Positions 23,736 through 37,078 of a stretch of 64,000 bases of DNA are shown here, piece after piece. The position numbers were made by a program, and so were the translations under genes. Below the pieces are notes generated by a model. The model saw only the letters and a list, made by a program, of their open reading frames with translations, was not told where the DNA came from and ran no database searches. Each line of letters opens with the position of its first letter. Position 1 is the stretch's first letter. Source of the DNA: Mobula hypostoma (taxonomy: Eukaryota); NCBI RefSeq assembly GCF_963921235.1, contig NC_086107.1, positions 110,982,001 through 111,046,000 of the forward strand. The letters run 5' to 3'.

Positions 23736-24334
23736 GATATTTCTCATGCCTCTGCAGAGGATGAATTATTTGTTTGGTAGAGTGTCCATATTTATTGTGT
23801 CTTTTCCTTATGTATAATTCCAGATGACCATCTCTCTGCATTGGTTCAAAGCTTAAAGAGCGGAGTCGGACCCATGAGGTGGTTAAAAGTTAAAATCAGA
23901 GACTAGCTGCACTTAGCGGAAGTGGATGTTTGTTCCACCGAGTCAAACAGCAAGGAGCTGTCTTGAGAGAGTCTTTAACCAGCTGTTTGCCTGCTGGTTT
24001 GCATTAAGGAGGTTGCACGTTCCTGGAATATGAAGAGCTCGAACTAACACCTTTATCAACAAGAGCAGGTGCATTGGGATTAATCTTGACACTGCAGAGG
24101 ATTTCAAGTGCTACTTAAAGATGTTCATTCATTGCTTCAGGTCTCATGGAGAAGCAGCAGATGGCAGTCTGTGAGACCCTGTCACTCAAGCTGAAACCCC
24201 TTGAGGACCTTAACTAGAGAGAGTGAGTGCTGAGTGCCTCTCGCGGCTAAATAGTTTACAGAAGCCTCTGGTATAAAGGGAGTGCCAAATCACTGGCACT
24301 GTGTTTGGAGCTACTACAATATGGAGGAGAAATA

Positions 24335-24898
24335 CACTCAGTGGCCGCTTTATTTGGCACACCTGTACATCTGCTCACCAGCATAAAATACTAATGTGGC
24401 AGCAACTCAGTGCACAAAAGCATGCAGATACGGCGAAGAGGTTCATTTGTTGTTCAGCCCAAACATCAGAATGGGGAAGAAATGTGAACTAAGTGACCTT
24501 GGCCGTGGAATAATTGTCGGTGCCAGACAGGGTGGTTTGAGTATCTCAGAAACTGCCCAACTTCTGGAAATTTCACGTACAACAGTCTCCAGAGTTTACA
24601 GAGAATGGTGTGAAAAACAAACAAAAAAAAAATCCAGCGAGCTTAAGTTCTGTGGGCAAAAATGCCTTATTGATGAGAGAGGTCAGAGGAGAATGGCCAG
24701 ACTGGTTAAAGCTGACAGGAAGGCAACAGTAACTTGAATAACCATGTATCACCACGGTGGTGTGCAGAAGAACACCTCTGAAAACACAACACCTTGAACC
24801 TTGAAGTGGATGGGGTACAGCAGCAGAGAGCCACGGACGTACGCTCAGTGGCCGCTTTGTTAGGTACAGGAGGTAGCAAGTAAAGTGGCCACTGTTTG
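24335..24898 (+). mobile_element. Internally deleted Tc1 element retaining the N-terminal HTH DNA-binding region
   Basis: TA|CACTCAGTGGCC...GGCCACTGTTTG|TA. Encodes MGKKCELSDLGRGIIVGARQGGLSISETAQLLEISRTTVSRVYREW..LIDERGQRRMARLVKADRKATV; no DDE domain. Confidence 0.9.
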
Positions 24899-25224
24899 TA
24901 GGTGTACTGTGGAAGTGTAGCTAAGTTAGCACAGGAAGAGAAACAGAAGGGTGAACTAGACTCTTGCCCGGCAAACACACCCCACCCTGATAGTAAGGAG
25001 GCCCGGAATCTGCACAATCTCCCTCTGGTTGTCGGAGATATCCTTCCATGCTGGTATTCTACCTCTAAAGTAGGAGCAAGCAAATCCAGTGTACACCAAA
25101 AGTTCAATCTACTCTGTCATGCCAGCACCCACAGACACCTTTAAACCATGAAATTGCAGTGCCGATATCTGACCACCTTCCATTCTGAGTCATGTTCAGG
25201 ACACACTATGTACTGTGTGTTACT

Positions 25225-25625
25225 GCATTTAGGGCAGCAATGAAGGTTCTCCGTCTCTGGCGGTGTTCAGGGCTTCCTTCATTGTGTCAATTTCACCGTC
25301 TCGGTTTTCACTCCTGTCAGTGACTCGAGTCCCCGGTGGAGACTCAGGAATAACGTCACACTTAAATGTAGAAGGAATCTTCATTGCTGTTCCCGTAACA
25401 GTTTTGTTTGACTGGTCAGCATCATTAGCCCTGAGCTGAACCTCCCGAACCTGGAGGACTGGTGGACAACTCTTAGTCTGGCCTCTACCCTTTGACCTGT
25501 TTGGCATGGATGACCCCACCAAGAGCCAAGGAATCAAGCCCTAACTCCAGCCAGCATAGCTCTCCGGAACATTGAAGCATACTAGCCTCCAAACCCTACC
25601 ACAAGGTTGTGGTCCTTTTGGAGGA
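25225..25625 (-). mobile_element. RTE-derived short non-autonomous element
   Basis: Second copy at 52675-53055. RTE-like 5' motif (gccaaacaggtcaaagggtagagg..gggctaa) joined to an RTE-like 3' end. Confidence 0.6.
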
Positions 25626-26647
25626 TTTACTGTGTACAATGTCCATTATTTGATTTGTATGGCCTGCTATCAATTCCCTCCTGAGGGATTTTTATGAAAT
25701 ACCTTTTGGAAGACTAACATCTGCCAACAATCTCTTTTTCCACAATTATAATTATCTCATCAAAAATTTCAATCAGTTTAGTCAGGCCTGACTGAACCCT
25801 TAAAATTTCACTGCCATTTCTGCCTGATCAGCTGGGAATTTACCGGGAGTTCAGTCAATCTACCCATAATTATGGGCTGTTGTTCACATCCAGCTGCTTG
25901 CATAACTGACCATAACTCTCTGAATTCTCTCACTTTTTTTTAATTAGTGGGATGGCATGGGCAATTTTTCAGTCTCAATAAATTGTTCACAAAGCAAATG
26001 GACTTTGGAAGATTATGGTTGGGGCCTTTGCATTCTTCTCATGCTTTTCCTCTTGTATTCTGGGACTGAAGTCCTCTGCCTCAGCGGACGTGTCGCTCCA
26101 CAATGATTTCCTTCACTGGAAATAACTGAAAATGTGTAGCTTGCATGGTTGACGGATAGGTTGAATTGTCTGGAACTTTGCCGCATTGGCTTTTAAATGG
26201 CATCAAGACGTAAACAGACATGTAGACCTCAATCCCATTTCTAAGCCAATTCAGGCAAAAGTTGCAGACGATGCAGAGAATTCGCCACATGACCAATCAG
26301 CGATGAGGCCACCTCCCTCTGTCACAACTTGGTTTCCATTAAGACGACCAAACAACTGATTGGTAAGAATAGAAAAGCCAAGTATTCGGAGAACACACGC
26401 CACAAGTGAAGAGTGCACTGCTGATGTCTCCTTGTGTTGTGACAAAACGGTTGCAAATGGATTGCCAAGATCAGAAAACAACTCAACCCAACTATTTTCT
26501 TTATTGCAGTAATTTGCTTGTACCTCAGTGAATTCCTGTCCCCAGCTCATCTTCTTGCAGTGCTTGGGTACCACTTTATCTTTACTTGAAATATTGACAT
26601 AACTAAATTATTCAGATACCCTTCTCTCCAGCCCACTCCTCCTTTTC

Positions 26648-27178
26648 ATTCGGCCACTGTACACCTACTCATGAAAGCAAACACCTAATCAGCCAATCAC
26701 ATGACAGCAACTCAATGCACGAAAGCATGCAGATGTGGTCAAGAGGTTCAGTTGTTGTTCAGACCACACATCAGAATGGGGAAGGAATGTGTATCTAAGT
26801 GACCCTGACGTGAAATGATTGCTAGTGCCAGATGCAAACTGCCGATCTCCTGGGATTTTCACGCACGGCAGTCTCTAGAGTTTGCAGAGAATGGTGCAAA
26901 AAGCAAAGAGGAGACATCCAGTGAGCAGCAGGTTCTGTGGGCGAAAATGCTTTGCTAATAAGAGAGGTCGGAAGCGAACGGGCAGACTGGTTCAAGCTGA
27001 CAGGAATGCGATGGTGACTCAACCACTCATACTAAAGTGGTGTGCAGAAGAGCATCTCTGAACACACAACACGTCGAGCCTTGAAGTGGATGGGCTACAG
27101 CAGCAGAAGACCATGAACAGATACTCAATGGCCACTTTATTAAGTAGCTCCTTTATCGAATAATGTGGCCTCTGGGTG
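26648..27178 (+). mobile_element. Same non-autonomous Tc1 family, more decayed
   Basis: Collinear with 24335-24898; ends ..gtggcctctgggtg|ta. Confidence 0.85.
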
Positions 27179-27611
27179 TATTGTTTTTCCTTTGGGCTGA
27201 ACTCATTAACTATTGCAAATTTTTCTTAATCCCTTTTTGAAAACTCTTCCTGTCTGTTGCTGTTTCGTTCTCTCCCTGTTTCTACAATAGTGACAAATGA
27301 TACCTTTCTTTGTGCTTTAGTGTGATACTGCCTGCTCCCTGTTAAGTTCTCCAAGCTGTTTTTTTAATGAAGGAGTCGACTTGATTTTTAGGGGCCAACA
27401 CTGTATCTATAGTACAATACAACCACCGTAACCTGCTGAGAACAGTGCCCGGGATCTGAAGCCACCCCCACAATGCACAATTCAATGGGTCTTAGTGATC
27501 TGTGGGCTGGGGTGCAGAGTATCCCAACACTCTCACTCGCTTCTTTTCAAATCTCGTTCCCGCTATGCACAGTCCAGCGGCTCCTAGTGATTGCTATTGA
27601 AAGTCGTTAAA

Positions 27612-27810
27612 AAGCAACACACACAAAGTGCTGGAGGGACTCAGCAGGTCAGGCAGCATCTGTGGAAGTGAAGAAGCAGTTGACGTTTCGGGCCGAGACC
27701 CGTCTTCAGGACTGAGAAGAAAGGGGGAAGGCGCTGGAATGAAAAGGTGGGAGGAGGGAAAGGAGGGTAGCTGGAAGGTGATAGGTGAAGTTAAGTTGGT
27801 GGGAAAGGTC
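27612..27810 (-). mobile_element. Penelope 3' fragment with hammerhead core at 27679-27712
   Basis: Minus strand reads gtcCTGAAGAcgggtctcggcccGAAAcGTCaac. Confidence 0.85.
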
Positions 27811-28344
27811 CGGGGATTTTTGGTAAAATCCAAAGGAATTGTCAGGGCTAACTTTCAGAATTTCCTTTCAGTTGACAGGAATTTCTTTAGCCGGGGGGAG
27901 GGGGGGGGGCAAATCTGTGGAATTAATTGCCACGAATGGCTGTGGAGACCAAGTCATTGAGTATATTTAAAGTGGAGGTTAATAGGATACAGGGAGAAGG
28001 CAGGAGAATGAGGTTGAGAGAGAAAATGGGCCAAATAACCTATTTCTGCTCCTATGTTTTTATAGTCTTAAGTATATTACGTACAGCAACAAATCATTCT
28101 TACATATGGCTTGGCAACTGACTGTCCTTTATTTTCTTTGACAACAAATCCTCCTCACGTCTCCTGTGACAGCAAGCCTCCTGAAAGCCTCCTTTACATC
28201 ATCTATGGCAGACAATCTCTTTAATTATAAAGCCATAAAGTTATACAACACAGGAGCACACCCTACAACCCATACTCTTACATGTGTAATGAAAATTATT
28301 TTAATATGTTGCAAAGATTCAGAAAGTATCTACGACCAGAGGGC

Positions 28345-28630
28345 ACAATCACAAAATAGAAGGAAGGCCCTTTAGACAGAAATGAAGAGGAATTTCTTTA
28401 GCCAGAGGGTGGTGAATCTGTGGAATTCTTTGATATGGAGGTCAAGTTATTGGGTATATCTAAAGTGGAAGTTGATAGGTTCTTGATTAGTAAAGGGGTC
28501 AAAGGTTATGGGGTAAAGGCATGAGAATGGAGTTGAGAGGGATAATAAATCAGCCATGATGGAATGGCAGAGCAGACTTGATGGACTGAATAGCCTAGTT
28601 CTGCACCCATTTCTTATTGTCTTATGACCT
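28345..28630 (+). mobile_element. CR1 3' end
   Basis: FFSQRVVNLWNS motif and a 3' UTR matching the 9915-10150 family. Confidence 0.8.
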
Positions 28631-29379
28631 ATACACAATCTTCACTTGTGCTGAGTCCATTATCCTTTGTTGTCGAGGAGATACTTTCCTAGTTGCACTC
28701 AACATTCATTCCATGTTGTGGCTGTGTATTATCTGTTGTGCAAAGACCTCTTTTTAATTGGGTGCTGGTTTTACCTGTCCTTGTCGATGCTAACTGGTAT
28801 CACTTGGTCCTAAGCCCCATAGAGTGGGGAGATCCCAACCCAATGAGCCGTTTTTGTGCTTGAGAGTAGAAAGAGCCAGAAATGGGCCTCAGTAAGTCTT
28901 TAGCAAGGAAGGGAGTTTGACAGTTCCAGACAGCACAGTTGAGGCTGATATGAGCTGTAGGGAGTAAATGTGGCTAAACTTGGCACTGGTGAAACTGATA
29001 GACAGGGTAGTTAGAGAGGGTGGAAGAATTGGTGTCAATGATTCACAGAGTGAGGACTGTAAGTGAGACTTGCCAAATGGAAGCAACGGGTGAATTCCCC
29101 AACATTGAATAAAGACCCCATGTAGGCTCAAAGTACTGGGACAAACATAGAATGTTTTAGGAAAGCTACGTGTAAATATGACCCATTTTCTTCCCTCAAC
29201 TGAAGAATCAGTGTTCCTCCGTGGTGAGCAACATCTTTAGAAGTACCAAATGGCGCTAGGGTACAGAATGTCCCCTGAGTGGGGACGTTAATATCCATCA
29301 CCAAAAGTGACTTTGCAGTACCTCTCCTGACCAAACTGACCATGTTCTGAAGGAAGGGAAAAAATGGGAGTAACTTGGG

Positions 29380-30180
29380 ACATCGGAGTTCGGAGTTCAG
29401 AGTTCAATTCCGACATCAATTGTAAGGAGTCTCTGTACATCAGCCCTGTAGAATTGGTGGGTTTCCTCCGGGTGCTCCAGTTTCCTCCCACAGTCTAAAG
29501 AAGGGTAATTTGTCATTGCAAATTGTCCCGTGATTAGATTAGGGTTAATTGGGGTTTGTCGAGTGTGGCTGGGGCATTGTGGCTCGAAGGGCCGGAAGGG
29601 CCTATTCAAAGATTCAAAGAACATTTATTATCAAAGTATGTATACAGTATACAACCCCGAGATTCATCTTCCTGCAGGCAGTCATGAAACAAAGATACAC
29701 CGTGGAACCTGTTCAAAGAAAACATCAAACCCCCAACATGTGAAAAAGAACAAATCGTACAAATGGCAAAATGTGAGTGAATAACACACAGAATATTAAA
29801 CATCTCAACATCAAACGGCCTAGGAGTGTTCGGTTTTGTTCAGTTCAGTTTAGTGCTGTGTCATGTATTGACTGCAGAGCCAGCACCACACTGAGACGAC
29901 CCAATCAAATTGCAAAAACAACGAAAGAAAAGAGCAATCGGAAACTAGAAACACATGCAACATGAACCAGAGACTCCTCCAAAATGAGTCCAAAGCCACA
30001 GACACTAAACAACAAACCACAGTCTCCTCCAAAACAAGTCCAAAGCCCCAGACGCTAAACATCAAACCACAAAGTCCTCTGAAAAAGAGCCCCACAGCCA
30101 CAGGCCGTGCCGATCAATATTTGCAGTGTGGACCCAAGCCTCTTATACCTGCCTCCAGTGGCAGCGAGGGAGATCCACAA
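29380..30180. mobile_element. V-SINE (+, 29380-29605) abutting a minus-strand LINE-tail repeat (29605-30180)
   Basis: V-domain at 29458-29495. The second part has a homologue at 55200-55690. Confidence 0.65.
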
Positions 30181-30324
30181 AGTATTTTCCAAGTAAACTA
30201 AATAAATAAACTGCCAGACTGGGTCTACAGCAGGTTATGTGTGAACTGACACAAGGGATAAACTCATTTGACTGTAACTTTCCCCGACTGCCATACATCT
30301 AGCAGACAGTACCAGCAGAAGTAA

Positions 30325-30600
30325 CCAAAGAACTTCAAGAGCCGAGAGGTAATGTTGCAGCTCTATAAAACCGTGGTTAAACCACACTTAGAATACTGTG
30401 TTCAGCTCTGATTGACTCATTATAGGAAGGATGTGGAAGCTTTAGAGAGGGTGCAGAGGAGATTTAACAGGATGCTGCCTGGATTAGAGAGCATGTGTTG
30501 TGAGAAAAATTTGAGTGAGCTGGGGCTTTTCTCTTTGTGGTGAAGGAGAACGAAAGGTAACCGGATAGAGGTGTACAAGATGATAAGATGCAGAGACTGA
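30325..30600 (+). mobile_element. CR1 ORF2 C-terminal fragment
   Basis: LQLYKTVVKPHLEYCVQL..HYRKDVEALERVQRRFNRMLPGL. Confidence 0.85.
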
Positions 30601-31249
30601 GTAAGCAACCAGAGAATGATTGTTACTCATTGATGCAGTATAAAAAACACAATAAACATAAAAACACAATAAAAACCCCAAAACACAATTATTATAAGAA
30701 TAAAAACAATCCTATAAAATGCAGTGTACAAGTAACTGTTTGAATATAGCCATATATTCATAGGATTAGCTTGCATACATAGATTGATTATATTTACATA
30801 GTGACATTAGGTACAGAAGGTTTTGAACATAAGGTAACTCTGACAGGAAATGATAAAGTAACGAATTGACTCTTGGCAAGAGGAACTCTAGGTAGCAGCA
30901 GGGCATATGAAAACACAATAGGACATATCAAAGCAACTGCAAGACGAGAATATTACCTTACCTCACCTGTGGTATTACATCAGGAAAAATGGAAAGAGCA
31001 TTGGATTCAACTTCTTAAGATAACCACCAAAGCAATGGTTTCCTTGGATGGATGGTGCTGTCCATGGTCCTGATCTGTGTGATTTCTAAACGACTCTAGA
31101 TCCCCTTCTATCACGTCCCCATTGCTACCCCATTTTGTCCAGCCTTTTTGCTCTCCAACCTCTTTGCCCACCATTTATTTTCTCCCTACTTACTCAAATA
31201 TTTAAAATTCTAACTTATTGAATAATAAATAAATGAAAATGTACATTCT

Positions 31250-31550
31250 GTCCACTTTATTAATGCTCATTAATGAAAATATTTAATCAGTCAATCATGT
31301 GGCAGCAACACAGTGCATAAAAGCTTGCAGACATGCTCGAGAGGTTTAGTTGTTGTCCAGAGCAAACATGAATGGGAAAGAAATGTGATCTTAATGACTT
31401 TGACGATGGATGATTGTTGGTGCCACACGGGGTGGTTTGAGTATCTCAGAAACTGCTGATCTCCTGGGATTTTCATGCACAATGTTCTCTAGAGTTCCAG
31501 ACAATGGCTCGCAAAACAAAAAGGTACTTAATAAAGTTGCCACTGAGTGT
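31250..31550 (+). mobile_element. Shortened copy of the non-autonomous Tc1 family
   Basis: ccactttatt.. at the start, HTH remnant, ..ataaagttgccactgagtg|ta at the end. Confidence 0.75.
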
Positions 31551-31589
31551 ATTATTCTAACATCTATTATTAGCCAGTAATTATGATTG

Positions 31590-31846
31590 AGTGAGATCAG
31601 CGCTGGGCTCGAGAACGGAGGTTCCCGAGTTCGATCCAGTGACAGACCTCCCCCATGCGCGCTCTCCATCCGTGCCGGGTTGATGTCGAGCTCGCAACTC
31701 GGCCTCGTAAAATAATACTGTGAAATGTCTGTGTGAGGAGTGTCGCCCCACACAGCCTTTCGAACTGCGCCTTGTAAGGCATGAAAATGCCCGACGCTGG
31801 CCTCTCAGGTCTGAGTCGATGTCGTCATCATCATCATCATCATCAA
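31590..31846 (+). mobile_element. Young CpG-rich tRNA-headed SINE with an RTE-type body and (CAT)n tail
   Basis: B box gagttcgatcc; ccgggttgatgtcgagctcgcaactcggcctcgtaaaa; (tca)n tail. Confidence 0.6.
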
Positions 31847-32700
31847 TAAATAATTAATAATAGTTATCTATTATTATTCTATTTTTATTTATTTTATTTA
31901 GAGAGACAGTGCAGAGCAAGCCTTTCTGGCCCAATCAACTGCAGCACCCAACAACCCACCTATTTAACAGTAGCCTAATCACGGCACAACTTACAGTGAC
32001 AATTAACCTACCCGGTACATCTTTAGACCGTGTGAGGAAACCACGCACTCACGGTAAAGATGGACACACTTCCTACAGGGAACGCCGGAGCTGAACTCTG
32101 AACTCTGATGCCCCGAGCTGTAATAGCGCTGCGCTAACCGCTACTCTACCGTGCCTTGTTTATTGTAGCTTGGCAGAACTAAACATTTTAACTGTGTTTC
32201 TCTCTCTACAGATGCTGCCTGCCTTTCTATGTGCTTCCAGCACCTCCTGATGTCCTTACAGCTCTACAGCACCTGTGGTAACTCTTGTGGAAGAGATGTG
32301 ATTGTGGTTTGCAGTTTATAAAGATTATGGCTGAGGCCATTTTGCTGGTACCTGTCTCCGTTCTCTCCCTGTTACTGTTAATGCAAGTGGTGGCAGTTTT
32401 CACTTGCCGAATCAATAGCTGTGTTTGTGTCATCATGATCTTGTCTAACTGGAATGATGGTGACTCTTTGTGCACTGGGGTGTGGCCCTAATCCGGGTAA
32501 ACCTTTGACGCCACCAGGCACCCCAGTCTGTACTAAACCATACTGTGTTGGACTTCACTTCTGAGGATGTGTAAACTGACCCATCCACGCGCAGACTGTG
32601 AGAGTGAACCCGTTTTACTACATCAGCTCTAGAGTGTCAAACTGATAATGTAGCAATCTGAGTAGGACGTCAGTAATTGTGACAATTGTGTAAACGTGTA

Positions 32701-34320
32701 CCAATGATAGGATCCAGCACCGTAATAATTTGAGTACAATAGTGTGTAAGTACATCGGTCTGAGTGTGTAACTGGTTCAATGTACCCATCTGAAGGGCAC
32801 TAATGCAAGAGTCTGATTGAAAAAACCTTTGAGCACAATTAAGTGTAATAATCTTGTCATTTACTTACTAAGAGCACACAAACGAGAGCGCAAAATTCCG
32901 TGGTACAATCACGATGTATCTGTGAGTGCACGTGATGCAACAATTCAGCAAACCGTGAGCGCGCCAGTTCTGAGAATTTAATCGGAACGAGACCGGTCAA
33001 AGGGTAGCCATCTTTTTGCATGAACGTAAAATCTGAAACTATCTCATGGACTGTACATCTGCATTAGAGTGTGAAAATCTGTGCAACATCAATGAGAGTG
33101 CATCAAAATAATGTAGCCAGAAACGGTTCCATAATGGTGGATCTCACTGCAGTGTGGGCATGGAATAATGGCAACAATTCATGACTGTGTTAATGAGAGT
33201 GTACACTTACAAGAATGTATCAAAATAATTGAGACACATTGAATGTATTAATCTGAGAAGTTACTATAGAGAATAAGCCATTTTAGGGGTGTACTGTCAA
33301 ACCCTGAGCTACTGTGACACTCTAAAAGATTTCTTGTGAAAGCCAATGATAGGATCCAGTACTGTAATCATTTGAGTGCATTAGTGTGTAAGTGCAGCAG
33401 TTTGCGTGTCCAAATGAGTTGATGAACTAATCTGATGGGCACTAATACAAGAGTCTGATTGCATAAACCTTTGAGCACGATTAAATGTAGTAATCTGTCT
33501 GCTTCTGTCTGGCAGACAGTACCGTAGCATTAAAGCCGGGACCGACAGCTTCTTTCTCCAAGCCATTAGATTTATAAGTTCACACGTCTGTACATTGTGG
33601 CGGAGTCATAACGCAAAGATTTTTACTTCCTCACGTTGTGGAATGGATGTGAGATTTCAAATAAGTTCAAATAATCACTAAGAGCAGACAAATGAGAGAG
33701 CAAAAATTCAGAAACGATCGTGATGTATCGGTAACACCACGTTGTACGAGAGTTCAGCAAACCGCGGGTGCACCGGTTCTGAGAGTTTAATCCGAACGAG
33801 ACCAATCACAGAGCAGCTGTTTTTTTTTGGTGTGAATGTAAAATCTGAAATTATCTGGAGGACAGTACACTGCATTAGAGTGTGCAAATCTGAGCAACAT
33901 CAATGAGAGTGCATCAAAATAATAATGTAACCAGAAACTCTTCCATAGTGGCAGATTGCTCTGCAGTGTGGGCATGGAATAATGGCAACAATTTGTGAGT
34001 GTGTTCATGAGAATGCATACTTATAAAGATATATCTAAATGACTGGGACACATTGAATGTAATAATCTGAAGTTACCATTGAGACTAAGCCATTTTAAGC
34101 AGGTACTGTTGAACTCCAACGCATTGTGACGCTCTAAGAGATTTCTCGTTAACAAGTACCAATAATAGGATCTGGCACTGTAATATATCCAGGACCTCTC
34201 TGCTAATATGGCCATGCAATTATGGCAACAGCTTGTGTGTGTGTGTGTGCGTGTATGTCAGTGAGCGTGTCTAAGAACTTACCATTGAAATTAAGCCATT
34301 TTAGGGGTGTGCTGTTGAAG
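32701..34320. repeat. Old ~642-bp tandem duplication (two full copies plus a truncated third)
   Basis: Unit start ccaatgataggatccag at 32701 and 33343, variant at 34159. Copy 2 carries a Rex1 3' fragment at ~33500-33675. Confidence 0.9.
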
Positions 34321-37078
34321 GGTGCCCCGGTAGGTATGATCGAATGTGAAAGTGCATTTACCAAGGGCCTGCAGTTGTCTGAGTCATTGTTGAATCATCT
34401 GAGAGGGATATCAAGGTACCACATTGAGAGTGCTCAGTCTGTGACTGCTACAACTTGTGAATGTGCCTTTAAGAGTGACCGATTGGAGTAAGAGAATACC
34501 ATTCCAAAACTCCACCTTCCTGACTGCTTACCACTCCAACAATGCATCATTGAACGTGTTCCTATAAAAATATACTGACCTGAATTTAAAAGCAGTACAA
34601 AGAGAGCATCCGAAACAGGTCATGTACCATTGAGACCTCAGTGTGGGGAATCACGAAATTGGGCTCTATATTCAAAATAAGTGTACCAATTTGATTTATG
34701 ATATTGTGGTCTGAGAGGTCACCAATTGGTGCAAGTGATCTGTGAACGTACCAATGAAATTGAGGCATTAGGAATGCAACATCTGCGATTCAACCAATAA
34801 AAGTGCACCCAATGGCAATGTAGCGTTTCAGAGGAGGCTAATGGGAACGAGGCAATCAGCGGATACGTTAGACGAACACTCTGCAGCAATAGAGAGTGAT
34901 CACTAGTCTGAGGATATGCTGAAATTGCGACCTGTGTGGATGTACATCAATAAGAATGTCTAATTTTCTGAAAGTATTAGGAATACACTAATCCAGTCAT
35001 GCTGCTGTGGAGGCTGCAGTAGGAAGTGTGCTAGTCCCAAACCAAAAGTTTGCAAAATGTTTCAATTTCTGGATTTAACAAGGAGACGATATTAATCTGG
35101 TAATATGAGAGGGTGCCAATCTCATGCCCCACCAGGTCTGAGAATGGGTCTGTTCCTGAATGTGACATTTCACTAGTGTGAACAGAGATCTCCAAACCAG
35201 CATCAAATTGATTAATTCTGAAACAGACCCACGGAATGCAGTGATCTGGAAGTGAAGAGTTCAGTGATGTTGGATTATGTCAGTGAGGCGTGCATCACTA
35301 ATACATTTAACTGGGGAAATCCAGGTTCATGAGCAGTTATTACCCATTAACCATCAGGCTCTTGAACTGCCTTGGTGGGATCATAGCTGGACTGTTGTGT
35401 GTAGCCTGTTTAGCCAAATGTTGAGTGAATGGACAAGTACATTACAAATAAGTGATTTCTGAGATACTCAAACCACAAAGCATAACGTAAACATGTGTAA
35501 AGTCATTCACATCTGCTCTCCTTATCTCCAAGACCTCCATGCTCTGTTCTTGCACCTCAGGAAGGAGGTGCAGAAGCCTCTCAATACCCTCATCACCAGG
35601 TTCACAAACAATTATTGCCCCTCAACCATCGGGTTCTTGAACCAGAGGGGATAACTTCACTCAACTTTAGTCGACCCATCACTGAATTGTTCCCACAATG
35701 TATGGAATCAGTTTCAGGGACTCTTCATCTCATGATCTCGATATTTATTGCTCATTATTTATTATTATTATTATTACTACTACTTTTTTTGTTGTTTTTT
35801 GTATTTGCACAGTTTGTAGTCTTTTGCACATTGGTTGATTGTCCATCCTGTTGGGTGCGGTCTTTCATTGATTCTACTGTGTTTCTTGTATTTACTGTGA
35901 ATGCCCACAAGACAATGAATCTCAGGGCGACATGCGTGTATTTGATAATAAGTTTACTTTGAGCTTTGAACATTGAGGATTGAGTCAGTCTGAGACTGCG
36001 TACCAGAGGGTATCAATCCAGTGGTGCCCAGAGGTACGCACTACTCCGAGACTGTACGATTGAGAGTGAGCTGGTCCGAGTGTAAGAGTGTTCCAATGGG
36101 AGAATGCCCCAATGAGCTGGCAATCACTCCCTCATCCCCAATGTGTCAACTTGAATGGAAAGGGTTTGATCTGTACAAATGAAAGGATTCAGTCTATGAT
36201 TGATCCAATGAAAGAGGGGAAAATGGAAGGTGTACCAATGAAAATCCAGTGAATGCGTTGAGTATTGTGTTGAACATTATGGGCATGCGATATTGGTGCC
36301 AGAATGCGTGGCGACACTTGGAGCACTTCCTCGTGCATATTGGTTACTAATGCAAGCGACACATTTCACTGTATGTTTCGATGTACTTGTGTTAAATAAA
36401 TCTGAATACGACTCCAATACACACTGTGTTATATTTAAGAACATAGCATTAAGTAAATAGCAATTTATTAGTATAATACCTGAGACTGGGCGCCATGGCA
36501 ATGGGTAGCTTGGGGCGTCGGAGTTCGGAATTCAACTCCAGAGTCATCTGTAAGGAGTCGAACGTCCTCCCCGTAGATTGCATGGGTTTTCTTCGGCTGC
36601 TGCAGTTTCCTCTCCCAGTCCAAAGACGTAGCGGTTAGGAGGTTAATTGGTCATTGTAAATTGTCGCGTGCAACAGTGAAGGGAGTGTAAGATATTACTA
36701 GCAAAATATACAGTAAATGCTACAATATGTAAAACCTATAATATAAGAGGGCATCAAAGTGGCAGTAGAGCACTCTCGGCAATAGACGCTCTTGGTTTTC
36801 TGAAAACATACAAATTTTAGAATGCCAGGGCATTAGACGTTACAAGGATTTTATTTCTCGTGCCACATTAGTGGCTCTCTGTGTGACCATTAACATTTGT
36901 CGCATTTTGTTGTGTATTCGTCTTGGCGGCATGGTTTGTTGCGTTTTTGGTTTTGTAGCCTGTGTGGTTGCATTTGTTTCTAAATCTCTTATTGATTTCA
37001 TCTCAATTTTAGTTGTCATTTATAGTGCTACAGTAGCATCGCGGTTAGTCAGGGCGTCGGAGTTTGGTGTTCAATTCC

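Noticed and set aside
26081..26574. Two overlapping minus-strand ORFs as a nested gene or viral fragment
   Set aside because: No recognisable domain, the frame closes shortly upstream, and there is no convincing splice structure.
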